Under the pieces are notes generated by a model that was not told the origin of the DNA, ran no database searches, and saw nothing but the letters and a program-made list of their open reading frames with translations. From an uncultured Gammaproteobacteria bacterium (GTDB taxonomy: Bacteria > Patescibacteriota > Patescibacteriia > JAHIZJ01), in the NCBI GenBank assembly GCA_964371245.1, contig CAYJKP010000003.1, forward strand, positions 8,986 through 72,985: 64,000 nt of DNA, in the 5' to 3' direction. Shown here in pieces: positions 21,487 to 31,097 of the stretch (position 1 is the first letter of the stretch; every line of letters starts with the position of its first letter). The translations under genes and the position numbers were made by a program.

Positions 21487-22683
21487 ATGCGCTTTAGTTA
21501 CATTGTCTTTCTCGCCACTAATAGCCTGCGAAAACGAAAACTGCGAAGTTTCTTGACGATCGGCGGAATGGTCGTCGGCATTAGCGCGATTGTTTTTCTC
21601 GTCTCGCTTGGCTTCGGTTTGCAGAAACTTCTGAAAGAGCGGGTGACGAACATCGAAGCGCTGACGATTCTCGAAGTCAGTACTGGCGAATCGACCTTGC
21701 TCAAGATAGATAAGCGGGCAACTGATGGCTTCAAATCGATTCCGAACGTTATCGACGTCAGTCCGTCGGTCAGTATTTCCGGCCAAGCGCTATTCAAAAA
21801 CGCCGGCACGGACATTGCCGTCTTTGGCGTCAATCCCAGCTATGTCGGCATTGAAGGGATCCGGTTAGTCGATTCTGGCCGCACGCTCAACGAAGACGCG
21901 AAAGACGAAGCGCTTCTGACTACCACCGCGCTCGAACTGCTTGGCATCACAAACAATCAGGATGTGCTCGGGCAAACCATTCGTCTCAAGGTATTTGTCA
22001 CCGACCCCGAGTCTGAAACCGGCGAGCAGATTTCAGAAGACGTCAGCGTTAAAGTTGTCGGAGTGATTGAAGACGCCGAACTCAGCATCGCGTACGTTCC
22101 GTTGAGCCTGATCGAGCCGTTTGGCATCAAGCAGTATAATACCGCCAAGGTGAAAGTGACGGAACGGTCCAAACTCGAAGATGTTCGCATCCGCATTGAA
22201 AACCTGGGTTATCAGGTTGATTCGCTCGCCGATACGGTCGGCCAAATTGATCAAATTTTCATCGTCTTCCAGATTATCATGGGTGGCTTCGGATTAATCG
22301 CCATGTTTGTCGCGTCACTCGGCGCTTTTAATACCTTAACCGTTTCCTTGTTAGAACGTACCCGTGAAGTCGGTATTATGAAAGCGCTTGGTTCAACCCG
22401 GAAAGATATCTATCGGCTTTTTTTGACTGAGTCGTGGCTGATCGCCGTGACTGGCGGTCTGCTCGGCGTTACGGTCGGCTGGGCCAGCGGGGCGCTGGCG
22501 AACGTCGGCTTGAATTATCTGGCACAACGGTTTGGTGGCGAGCCAGTGAGCGTTTTCTATACGCCCTGGCTCTTCGTGGCTGGGATGATTGTACTGGCTC
22601 TTCTGATCGGTTTCCTGACTGGTGTCTATCCCGCCCGACGCGCCTCGAGCTTGAATCCGCTCGACGCCCTGCGGTACGAATAA
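21487..22683 (+). CDS. MacB/FtsX-type ABC transporter permease
   Basis: N-terminal TM, ~230-aa extracytoplasmic domain, C-terminal FtsX three-helix bundle (GIMKALGSTRKDI). Confidence 0.75.
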   Translation: MRFSYIVFLATNSLRKRKLRSFLTIGGMVVGISAIVFLVSLGFGLQKLLKERVTNIEALTILEVSTGESTLLKIDKRATDGFKSIPNVIDVSPSVSISGQALFKNAGTDIAVFGVNPSYVGIEGIRLVDSGRTLNEDAKDEALLTTTALELLGITNNQDVLGQTIRLKVFVTDPESETGEQISEDVSVKVVGVIEDAELSIAYVPLSLIEPFGIKQYNTAKVKVTERSKLEDVRIRIENLGYQVDSLADTVGQIDQIFIVFQIIMGGFGLIAMFVASLGAFNTLTVSLLERTREVGIMKALGSTRKDIYRLFLTESWLIAVTGGLLGVTVGWASGALANVGLNYLAQRFGGEPVSVFYTPWLFVAGMIVLALLIGFLTGVYPARRASSLNPLDALRYE

Positions 22684-22726
22684 TCCGGCATATTTAAAAA
22701 ATCAGCCGCCAAAGCTGTTTTTTATT

Positions 22727-22801
22727 TGGTAGCCCCACGGGGAATCGAACCCCGATTATCGGCTTGAAAAGCCGGTGTCCTAACCGTTAGACGATAGGGC
22801 C
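22727..22801 (-). tRNA. tRNA-Glu (anticodon TTC), CCA encoded
   Basis: Reverse complement GGCCCTATCGTCTAACGGTTAGGACACCGGCTTTTCAAGCCGATAATCGGGGTTCGATTCCCCGTGGGGCTACCA folds as a cloverleaf; anticodon loop TTTTCAA; very similar to bacterial tRNA-Glu. Confidence 0.85.
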
Positions 22802-22890
22802 AGGCAATGATAGAAATTTGTAATTCAGTTTCTACAATAGCGTTTCAAAAGAATTTTGTCAATCATGGCGAACTACGTTAGAATACACAT

Positions 22891-23880
22891 ATGAAAATCC
22901 TCGCCCTCGAAACATCCTGCGACGACACCGCGGTCAGCGTTGTTGAGATAACACCACGAGCGACACGCGTGTTATTTGAAGTGGCCTCGTCCCAAGTAAC
23001 TACGCACGCGAAATACGGCGGGATCGTGCCCGAGGTGGCTGCCCGTATGCATTGCGAAAACATCGGACCGATTATCAGAGAGGCCTTGCAATGGCATTCA
23101 CCCGACACCATCGATCGGATCGCTGTCACCGCCGGCCCGGGACTCATCACGTCGCTCCTGATCGGTGTTGAAACCGCTAAAACGCTCGCCTACGCTCTCC
23201 GGAAGCCAATTATTGCTGTCCATCACGTTGAGGGGCATATATACTCGTCGCTCATCAAGAATCGGCGGGTTCGGTTTCCGGCTCTCGCCCTGATCGTCTC
23301 CGGTGGCCACACTGACATTATTCTGATGACTGGCTTTGGCCAATACCAGATCGTCGGCCGAACCCAAGACGACGCGGCCGGTGAAGCGTTTGATAAGGTC
23401 GCCAAACTCCTTCGCCTCGGCTACCCGGGTGGCCCGATCATTCAAGCGCGCGCCCGGCGCGGCCGGCCAGCGGCTTTCGCCCTCCCGCGTCCGATGCTGG
23501 AGCAAAAGAATTTCGATTTTAGTTTTGCTGGTCTAAAAACAGCGGTTCTCTATCTCTATCAATCGGGAAAAATTCCGAGCTCGAAAATCAATAATCTCTG
23601 CGCTTCTTTTCAGCAAGCCGTGGTTGACGTTTTGGTGACAAAAACGCTACGGGCAGCGGAGAAATATGGCGTCAAAACAATCCTCTTGGGTGGTGGCGTT
23701 GCCGCAAACACGCTTCTGCGCGCAACCCTGACAAAAGAAGCAAATCGACGGGGATACGCTTTCCGTATGCCCACGCTGTTTCATTCAACCGATAACGCCA
23801 CGATGATCGCTCAGGCAGCCTACTACCGAAAACCAACGCCGTGGCAGCGTATAAAAGCTGATCCGAACCTTCCGCTGTAA
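22891..23880 (+). CDS. tsaD: tRNA N6-adenosine threonylcarbamoyltransferase TsaD (Kae1/Gcp family)
   Basis: MKILALETSCDDTAVSVV..., metal-binding HHVEGH, ASKH-fold length 329 aa. Confidence 0.9.
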   Translation: MKILALETSCDDTAVSVVEITPRATRVLFEVASSQVTTHAKYGGIVPEVAARMHCENIGPIIREALQWHSPDTIDRIAVTAGPGLITSLLIGVETAKTLAYALRKPIIAVHHVEGHIYSSLIKNRRVRFPALALIVSGGHTDIILMTGFGQYQIVGRTQDDAAGEAFDKVAKLLRLGYPGGPIIQARARRGRPAAFALPRPMLEQKNFDFSFAGLKTAVLYLYQSGKIPSSKINNLCASFQQAVVDVLVTKTLRAAEKYGVKTILLGGGVAANTLLRATLTKEANRRGYAFRMPTLFHSTDNATMIAQAAYYRKPTPWQRIKADPNLPL

Positions 23881-24033
23881 TAATCTACAAACACCCGGGC
23901 AATTATTACCGCTCCAGAAATCCCCTAAAGCGATTTGCTAACTGGGGTGGCCAATGTTTGCGCTTTACGCGCTCATCAAGTACAATAAAAGCGCCTGAAA
24001 ATGGTGTTTTTTACTAGTCCGGACAAAAGTTTT

Positions 24034-26706
24034 ATGCCGACCGAAATCCCAAAAGCCTACGATCCAAAAACAGTCGAGCAGGATTTGTATAAAGCCTGGA
24101 AAGAATCAGGGTATTTTAATCCTGACAAGCTCCCGGGCAAGCGGACAGAGGCATACTCAATTGCCATGCCTCCTTTTAACGTCACCGGCATCCTTCATAT
24201 TGGCCACGCGGTTTTGCTGGCGCTCCAAGATATTATGATTCGTTTCGAACGTATGCGCGGGAAAAAAACGCTCTGGTTGCCCGGCACCGATCACGCCGCT
24301 ATCGCCACCCAGAATGTCGTCGAACAAGAATTGAAAGAGGAGGGGAAAACAAAATATGATCTCGGACGCGAACAGTTTTTCGAACGCGTGACGCGTTTCG
24401 CCGATTCGCAGCACGGCCGTATCGTCGAACAGATTTCCCGGATGGGTGCGAGCTGCGACTGGTCGCGGGAACGGTTTACTCTCGATGCCGGACTGTCTAC
24501 AGCTGTCACTTCGGCCTTTACGACGCTATACGACGACGGTCTGATTTACCGTGGTGACCGGATTGTAAACTGGTGTCCGCGCTGCCAGTCCACGCTGGCC
24601 GACGATGAAGTGGAATACAAAGAAAAAAAGACACCCTTCTACTATTTCAAATACGGGCCGGTTATTATCGGCACCGCCCGACCGGAAACAAAATTCGGCG
24701 ATAAGGTCATTGTCGTCCATCCCGACGACAAACGATACGCAAAACTGGTTGGTACTTCTTTCGAGGTCGAGTGGATCCTCGGACCAATCACCGCCCGCGT
24801 CATCGCCGATCCGGTTGTTGACCCGGAGCTGGGCACCGGCGCCATGACGATTACGCCCGGACACAGTTTTGAGGATTTTGCGCTGGCGCAAAAATACGGC
24901 CTGCCGATTGAAAAAATAATAGATGAAAGCGGACACCTGACCGAGGCCGCTGGCCCGATGAAGGGCTTGCCTGTCAAAGAAGCTCGGAAAAAGGTGGTCG
25001 AGGCTCTTGAGAAAAAGGGCTTGCTTGATCATATCGACGAAAATTATACTCATAACCTTTCGGTCTGCTATCGTTGCGGCACGCCCATCGAGCCCCTGGT
25101 CTCACGCCAATGGTTTCTGGCCGTCGATAAACCGGCTAAGCGACTTGGGAATAAGACCCTGAAGCAGCGCGCCTTGGAAGTGGTTGAAAATAATGAGATT
25201 GCGTTTGTACCCGACCGTTTTACGAAAGTGTACCGGCACTGGATGGAGAATCTCCACGACTGGTGCATCTCGCGCCAGATCTGGTACGGACACAAGATAC
25301 CAATTTGGTATTGCGAAGATTGCCACAAGGATCCGAAAAAATACCAGTCTGGTGAATATTATTGGCTGCCAGAAGAAAATACCCCGACCGCCTGTCCGCG
25401 CTGCCACGGCCAAGACATCCATCAGGACCACGATACTCTCGACACCTGGTTTTCTTCGGGCTTATGGACGTTTTCCACGCTCGGCTGGCCGATAACTAAA
25501 GACATGGGCTTTGACGCGTCATTAGTTGAACTGGTGAAATCCGGGAAAAAGACAAAAACGTTTCGTCTGCGTGACCATAATCTGTCGGCTGGAGAAACAT
25601 GTCTGACGCACGACAGTAAAACGAAAAATAAGTTCGGCTATTTGCGCATTGTTAGTTCGATCAAAATTTCGTTCAGCGAAATTGCGCTCCAAGCAGCCGG
25701 ACACGAACCGTATAAAAGCCAAGCGGAATTGAAAAAAACGTTTCAAAAATACTACCCGGACACGGTAATAACGCCGGAAACGCCGGTCTGGGTGTATGAA
25801 TTTGTCTTTCAAAAAGAATCTGATTTGGAGCAATTCCACCCTACCTCAATCCTGGAAACTGCTTACGACATTATCTTTTTCTGGGTGGCGCGAATGATCC
25901 TCATGTCCACCTATCTGGTCGGCAAGATCCCGTTCAAAACCGTGTATCTCCACGGCTTGGTGCGTGACAAAAAGGGACGGAAGATGTCTAAATCGCTCGG
26001 CAATGGCATTGACCCACTGGAGATGGCCGACAAATACGGGGCAGACGCGGTGCGACTCGCGCTCGTCATCGGTACGACGCCAGGGAACGATCAAAAACTC
26101 GACGAACAGAAGATTGCCGGCTTTCGCAACTACGTTAATAAGGTCTGGAATATCGGCCGGTTCATTGCCCTTCAGAGCGCGGATAAAAAACCCGGGAAAC
26201 CAAAAACGGAAACACTGGCCGACAAATGGATTATCAGCCGTTTGCATACTATTATTCGTGACCATTCAACGCATCTGGAAAAATTCGAGTTTTCCCAGGC
26301 GGGTGAAAAAATATACGACTTTGCCTGGCATGAATTCGCCGATTGGTACCTGGAAATAACGAAACTAGAGGGCAATGTGGCCCTGGCCCATCAGGTGTTT
26401 GGTGAAATCTTAAAACTTCTTCATCCCTATATGCCCTTTGTCACGGAAGTGCTCTGGCAACAGCTTGATTACGATAAAGATTTGCTCATGATTCAGAAGT
26501 GGCCGACGTCCGACCAGTCAAAATACAATCCTGAGGCGGAGAAAAAGTTTGCCGAACTCCAACAGACTATCACCGAATACCGCCGGCAGCGGAAGGAGTC
26601 AGGTGCCCCGGCCGGGCAAGCCATATCCGTACCTGTGCCGACTGGCTTAGCCGAAGAGCTTAAACCGATTATTGAGCGCCTGGCAAAAGTAACATTTACG
26701 ACTTAG
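24034..26706 (+). CDS. valS: valine--tRNA ligase with an inserted ASCH (YqfB-like) domain
   Basis: [20 protein letters not shown] start; HIGH as HIGHA; [8 protein letters not shown]; ~110-aa insertion between TLGWP and [20 protein letters not shown] (alt. start ATG 24001). Confidence 0.85.
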   Translation: [890 protein letters not shown]

Positions 26707-26707
26707 T

Positions 26708-27880
26708 ATGTCCTATCGTGGCGAACATGGATTTCCGCACTTAAGCATTGAGGCGATGGAACGCGACCTGTCTGATGTTGAGTATGACGTATCTAATGTC
26801 CTGGCTTCCCCGTATAAAAAACGGCAGCCGCAGCATGACCGCCTCGTTCAGGAACATGGCGGTCTGTCTCCGTATGAACCGGAAGAGCTCGCTGCGGACC
26901 GCCGCACCATCATTGATCTGGGACGCCGCGATCAGACTGAAGATACCGTCCGCGGGCGTATTCTGGAAGCGTTTCTGGCTGAACACGCTCCCACGCTGGG
27001 CTGGTTTGGGCCTGAGTCTCATGCGGTAACCACCTGCGAATACGACAATCGGTGCAACGCCACAGACATGGTATTGACTTTGCCGGGGAAAGACGGCCAA
27101 CCGGCGCACCTGGCGATTGACGTTACGACGGCCACCAGCGGGGGCGCCCTGTCAGAAAAGCAACACTGGCTGAAGCAGTCGCTTGAAACCGGGGAACTGA
27201 CGAGTTTGAAGTATTACTTTGACGCCACCGAACCGGTGATCGGCGTCCGGCGCCTGGAACATATCCCGCGGGTGGTCATCGGCTTGCCGGCGGATGCGGT
27301 CGGCGAATTATGTAAGCTGTTGGAGCCTTATTTGAAATCCGGCCAGCGCCATACCGGGGAAGTAAATCTGCGCGAACACCCGCTCAAAGAAGAATTAATC
27401 AGTTCAACGGTGTCACAGCTGGAGCAACAGATTCTTTTCCTTGTGGTCCATTATTTTGAGCTCATTTCCAAACGCGATCCGCACGGAACCTGCGTGTATA
27501 TCACAAAAACGCGACTGCCTGAACAATTTGAGCAGTTTTCCAAATTGATCCATTCCCTTACTGAAGTAATGTTAACATCCGATCCTGCCAGCGTAACCAA
27601 GCGCCTGCCACTACTAACGCAATCGGTCGAAGTATTGGAATCGCTCGGCAAACGTTTTCAGGTAGATTTTCCCCTGGGGCAATGCGTACGTAAAATTAGT
27701 GAGATTCGCGACTTGCTGGCTTCCTCCCGGCCAAATGAAAAAGGTTCCGAAAAACGCATTAGCGATCCCGGAACCGAGGCGGTCCGTTTGTCGGACCGTG
27801 AATGGACACGTGCTGATGATCATGGCTTTACCCCCTGGTTTCGTCGCGCCGCAGAACTCGTAGAGCTCGAGCAGCGATAG
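26708..27880 (+). CDS. hypothetical acidic protein, no recognisable domain
   Basis: 390-aa ORF, GC-richer than neighbours, no TM segments or known motifs. Confidence 0.55.
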   Translation: MSYRGEHGFPHLSIEAMERDLSDVEYDVSNVLASPYKKRQPQHDRLVQEHGGLSPYEPEELAADRRTIIDLGRRDQTEDTVRGRILEAFLAEHAPTLGWFGPESHAVTTCEYDNRCNATDMVLTLPGKDGQPAHLAIDVTTATSGGALSEKQHWLKQSLETGELTSLKYYFDATEPVIGVRRLEHIPRVVIGLPADAVGELCKLLEPYLKSGQRHTGEVNLREHPLKEELISSTVSQLEQQILFLVVHYFELISKRDPHGTCVYITKTRLPEQFEQFSKLIHSLTEVMLTSDPASVTKRLPLLTQSVEVLESLGKRFQVDFPLGQCVRKISEIRDLLASSRPNEKGSEKRISDPGTEAVRLSDREWTRADDHGFTPWFRRAAELVELEQR

Positions 27881-28068
27881 AAACGAGGATGATCCACCAG
27901 CTCATCCGCGTTAGCTTACGCTGAGTCTCTCGGAACAGAAATTCGTCGGTTCTGGCCATCGGCTTTCTCCCTTCCTTCGTTTGCAGCAATACGGTATGCC
28001 CGATCCTACCACGGGTCTGGCGCGTTGTCAAGACAGGGCAAAGTAACTCTAATATCTATTTTGGAAAT

Positions 28069-28092
28069 TAAAAAAACCCTTGTCGGGTTTTT
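28069..28092. terminator. bidirectional rho-independent terminator
   Basis: AAAAAACCC-TTGTC-GGGTTTTT then ATTTTT; sits between convergent genes. Confidence 0.65.
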
Positions 28093-28104
28093 ATTTTTGT
28101 CTAC

Positions 28105-29811
28105 TTATTCGGCCACTCGAAAGACTTCGTCGAGACTGGTAATACCATCCAGGGCTTTGAGCAGGCCATCTTGAACGATGGTAATCATGCCGTTTTTCAC
28201 CGCCGCATCTTGAATGGCATATTCCGAGACCTGACCGCTGAGAATTATTTTCTCAATGTCAGGATTCATCATCATGACTTCGTAAATACCCGTCCGGCCT
28301 TTTAAGCCGAGGTGATGACACGCGTCGCAGCCCGTGCCCTTATAGAATTTAAGGGAGTTAAGATCAACGCGATATCCTGAATTTTCAGGTATTTTGCCTA
28401 AATTGTCCTTTGCTTTGGCCAGCTCTTCTTCAGTCGGTGTATATTCAGCCTTGCACTTATCGCATACCCGTCGGACCAGCCGTTGGGCCATAATCGCATT
28501 CAGTGCTGGCGCTAAGAGAAATGGTCGGGCGTCGAGGGCCATAAACCGAGGAATTGTCCCGGCGGCACCATTGGTATGGACGGTCGATAACACTAAATGG
28601 CCGGTGAGCGCGGCTTGGATCGCGATCTCGGTCGTTTCAGCGTCCCGGATTTCACCAACCATGACGATATCGGGGTCTTGCCGGAGAATCGCCCGCAAAC
28701 CCTTGGCGAACGTATACTCCCGGCTGGAATCAATCTGGCTTTGGCTGATGCCGGGGAGTTTGTACTCGACCGGGTCTTCTAAGGTAATAATTTTCGTTTC
28801 CGGACGATTGAGAAGATTGAGAATGGCATAAAGGGTGGTGGTTTTACCGGAACCAGTCGGACCGGTCGTGATGATCATTCCGTTCGGGCGTTTCACCTCT
28901 TTTTTCAGTTGCTCGTAGGCTATGCCTCGGATACCGAGCTGATCAAAGGCCAGCGCGGTCGCTGACGAATGGAGGAGGCGCATTACCACGCTTTCGCCAT
29001 AGGCGGTGGGCAGAGTCGAAACGCGGATATCAATTTTTTCGTCTTGCATCGCCACGGTAATTCGGCCATCCTGCGGCACGGTCGTGATATTCATCTTCAG
29101 TTTCGCCATGAGCTTAATTCGACTGATAATCTTCGGCCAGCGCTCCGGCGGCATTGCGGCCACGTCATATAATACGCCGTCAATCCGAAAGCGGACTTTT
29201 ATCTCATGCTCTTGCGCCTCGACGTGGATATCCGATGAGCCGGCGTTAATAGCCGAGGCAAGAATCATGGTAAACACCTCAGTCAGCGAGCCAGACTTTA
29301 TCTGGGCGTCAAGCGTCTGAAAATCTGTTATCCGCTGCTTAAACTGGTCAATGTCAGCTTGGCTGATTTCGAGATCGCGCGATACCATCTTCACCTTCAC
29401 CACGCGATCGTAGTGTTTTAAGGCCCACTGCCAGCTATCTTCTGAAATAAGGTAGAGTTCGACCTTGCCCTGGAATTTCTGGGCGAGCCGCTGGAGAATC
29501 TGATCAAGGCCGGCCGCTTGCGGCTCGACAACACCCACTCGTACGCCGCTCGACCCCTGATAAAATGCTATGATCCGGCAATCTTTTGCCTCGGTTTCTG
29601 TTATCAGGGAAATGATATCCGGGCTGATCGGATAGCCCCGCAGGCTGATATACGGCAAACCTAAATCCTGGGCCCGTTGTCGGGTCGCTCGTTCTTGCTC
29701 CCGGACGTCGATTTCTTTCATTTTGTCCTGGAGCTTGTCGGTCGCCGTTACTTTTTTCTGGGCGGCCTTTGATTGACGCAATAAATCTTCGATCGATTGG
29801 GTATCAGCCAT
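28105..29811 (-). CDS. pilB: type IV pilus assembly ATPase PilB (GspE family)
   Basis: 568 aa; GspE N-terminal domain; Walker A GPTGSGKTT; tetracysteine zinc motif CDKCK...CDAC. Confidence 0.85.
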   Translation of the reverse strand: MADTQSIEDLLRQSKAAQKKVTATDKLQDKMKEIDVREQERATRQRAQDLGLPYISLRGYPISPDIISLITETEAKDCRIIAFYQGSSGVRVGVVEPQAAGLDQILQRLAQKFQGKVELYLISEDSWQWALKHYDRVVKVKMVSRDLEISQADIDQFKQRITDFQTLDAQIKSGSLTEVFTMILASAINAGSSDIHVEAQEHEIKVRFRIDGVLYDVAAMPPERWPKIISRIKLMAKLKMNITTVPQDGRITVAMQDEKIDIRVSTLPTAYGESVVMRLLHSSATALAFDQLGIRGIAYEQLKKEVKRPNGMIITTGPTGSGKTTTLYAILNLLNRPETKIITLEDPVEYKLPGISQSQIDSSREYTFAKGLRAILRQDPDIVMVGEIRDAETTEIAIQAALTGHLVLSTVHTNGAAGTIPRFMALDARPFLLAPALNAIMAQRLVRRVCDKCKAEYTPTEEELAKAKDNLGKIPENSGYRVDLNSLKFYKGTGCDACHHLGLKGRTGIYEVMMMNPDIEKIILSGQVSEYAIQDAAVKNGMITIVQDGLLKALDGITSLDEVFRVAE

Positions 29812-29876
29812 ATCGACTACAGTATATCAGATTCTGGGATAATAAAAAACAGCTGGCCAGGCTATTTTTTCTAATC

Positions 29877-31010
29877 TTACGCGATATGCGGTTGGAGTAT
29901 TTTGAGTATCGTTTGTTCGGCCACGAGCAGATCTTTTTCCGGCAGACGTATTTTTGTAAAATCATGGCTGCCCTCTGCCTGGAAGGCTTTAAAAACCGCC
30001 AGGGCGTCAACGTTGGTTGGAGTTGAAACAATGCCATGAATTTGCTGGGGTTTTTTTTCGTACAGGATGAAGATGGCTTTTGCTTCCGGCGTGTTCACGA
30101 TCAGCTCATCAATAACCCCGGGCAGGTCTTCGGGCCGGGCGCCTGATTTTGTGAAGTCCTCGGCGGTCAGCAACGACCAGACAATGGTATTGTTTTTTGT
30201 TGACCGAAGCCGGGCCAGCGTCCGACCCCAGAGCTTGAGCGTTTCGATCGATTTCGTTTGATACAAGTTCTTGATAATCTCTTCGCGCCGGGCGCCCGAA
30301 TCGATGAGATGGCTGGCGATCGCCAACGACTTCGGCGTTACGGCCGGACTCTGGAAGCTTTTCGTCTTTGAAATGATGCCGGTCAATAGATTCGTGGCGA
30401 TGTATTCGTCCAAGAGCTCGCCGCCGAGCGATTTCGCGAGTTCAAAAACGATTTCAGAAATCGAGGTGGCGGTGACGTCGACCAGATTGACCTGGCCGAA
30501 ATTTTCATTCGCCGCTTCGTGGTCAATATTGAGGATCGGCGTCCGGTAGAAAAACTCGGTTTGGTCATCGTACATCTTGCCGAGCGATTCGAGATCGGGC
30601 GCGCCAAGGATAATGATGAGGTTGTACGCGAAATTCCCGTAGGCCAGCGTAACATCCTTTTCTTCAAAATATCCGTTCCGTGGTGTAATATAGATATTGA
30701 GCTTCTTGTTTTGAATATCATAGCTAAGCTCCTCCACGCTGGTCCGGCTGACGTCGAGCGAGATAATGAATTGGCGCAAACTCGAGAGCTCGGTGTGAAT
30801 ATCGTCGCTTTTGGCCAAAAAGTTTACGTTCGGTGGCAGCCGAAATTCGTTGCAGACCACCTTGGCGTCTTTCTTCAGTTTTTCCAGGACTAAAAAAAGG
30901 CCGAGTCCAGAGGCAACGGCATCGACTGATGGATTTCGCGGGAGGACAATGATAATGCTGCTGGACTTTTTAATGATATCTTGCGCTTGTTGAAGTGGGG
31001 TTAAAGCCAT
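29877..31010 (-). CDS. DHH/DHHA1 phosphoesterase (NrnA-like) with substituted catalytic motifs
   Basis: 377 aa, DHH then DHHA1 architecture; motif I reads NPSVDAVAS (canonical NPDGDAxGS), motif III reads IDHE (canonical DHH). Confidence 0.6.
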   Translation of the reverse strand: MALTPLQQAQDIIKKSSSIIIVLPRNPSVDAVASGLGLFLVLEKLKKDAKVVCNEFRLPPNVNFLAKSDDIHTELSSLRQFIISLDVSRTSVEELSYDIQNKKLNIYITPRNGYFEEKDVTLAYGNFAYNLIIILGAPDLESLGKMYDDQTEFFYRTPILNIDHEAANENFGQVNLVDVTATSISEIVFELAKSLGGELLDEYIATNLLTGIISKTKSFQSPAVTPKSLAIASHLIDSGARREEIIKNLYQTKSIETLKLWGRTLARLRSTKNNTIVWSLLTAEDFTKSGARPEDLPGVIDELIVNTPEAKAIFILYEKKPQQIHGIVSTPTNVDALAVFKAFQAEGSHDFTKIRLPEKDLLVAEQTILKILQPHIA

Positions 31011-31097
31011 GACAAAATATGAGGTATTTTTTGAGAATTCCTTAGCATATCCTACTTATACGAGGCTGTCAAGAATTCCTCGCTATTTCACTCACCG

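Noticed and set aside
24001-24033. Upstream ATG as ValS start
   Set aside because: The conserved ValS N-terminus ([18 protein letters not shown]) begins right after the second ATG at 24034. The upstream 11 codons (MVFFTSPDKSF) add nothing conserved. Kept as an alternative start only.
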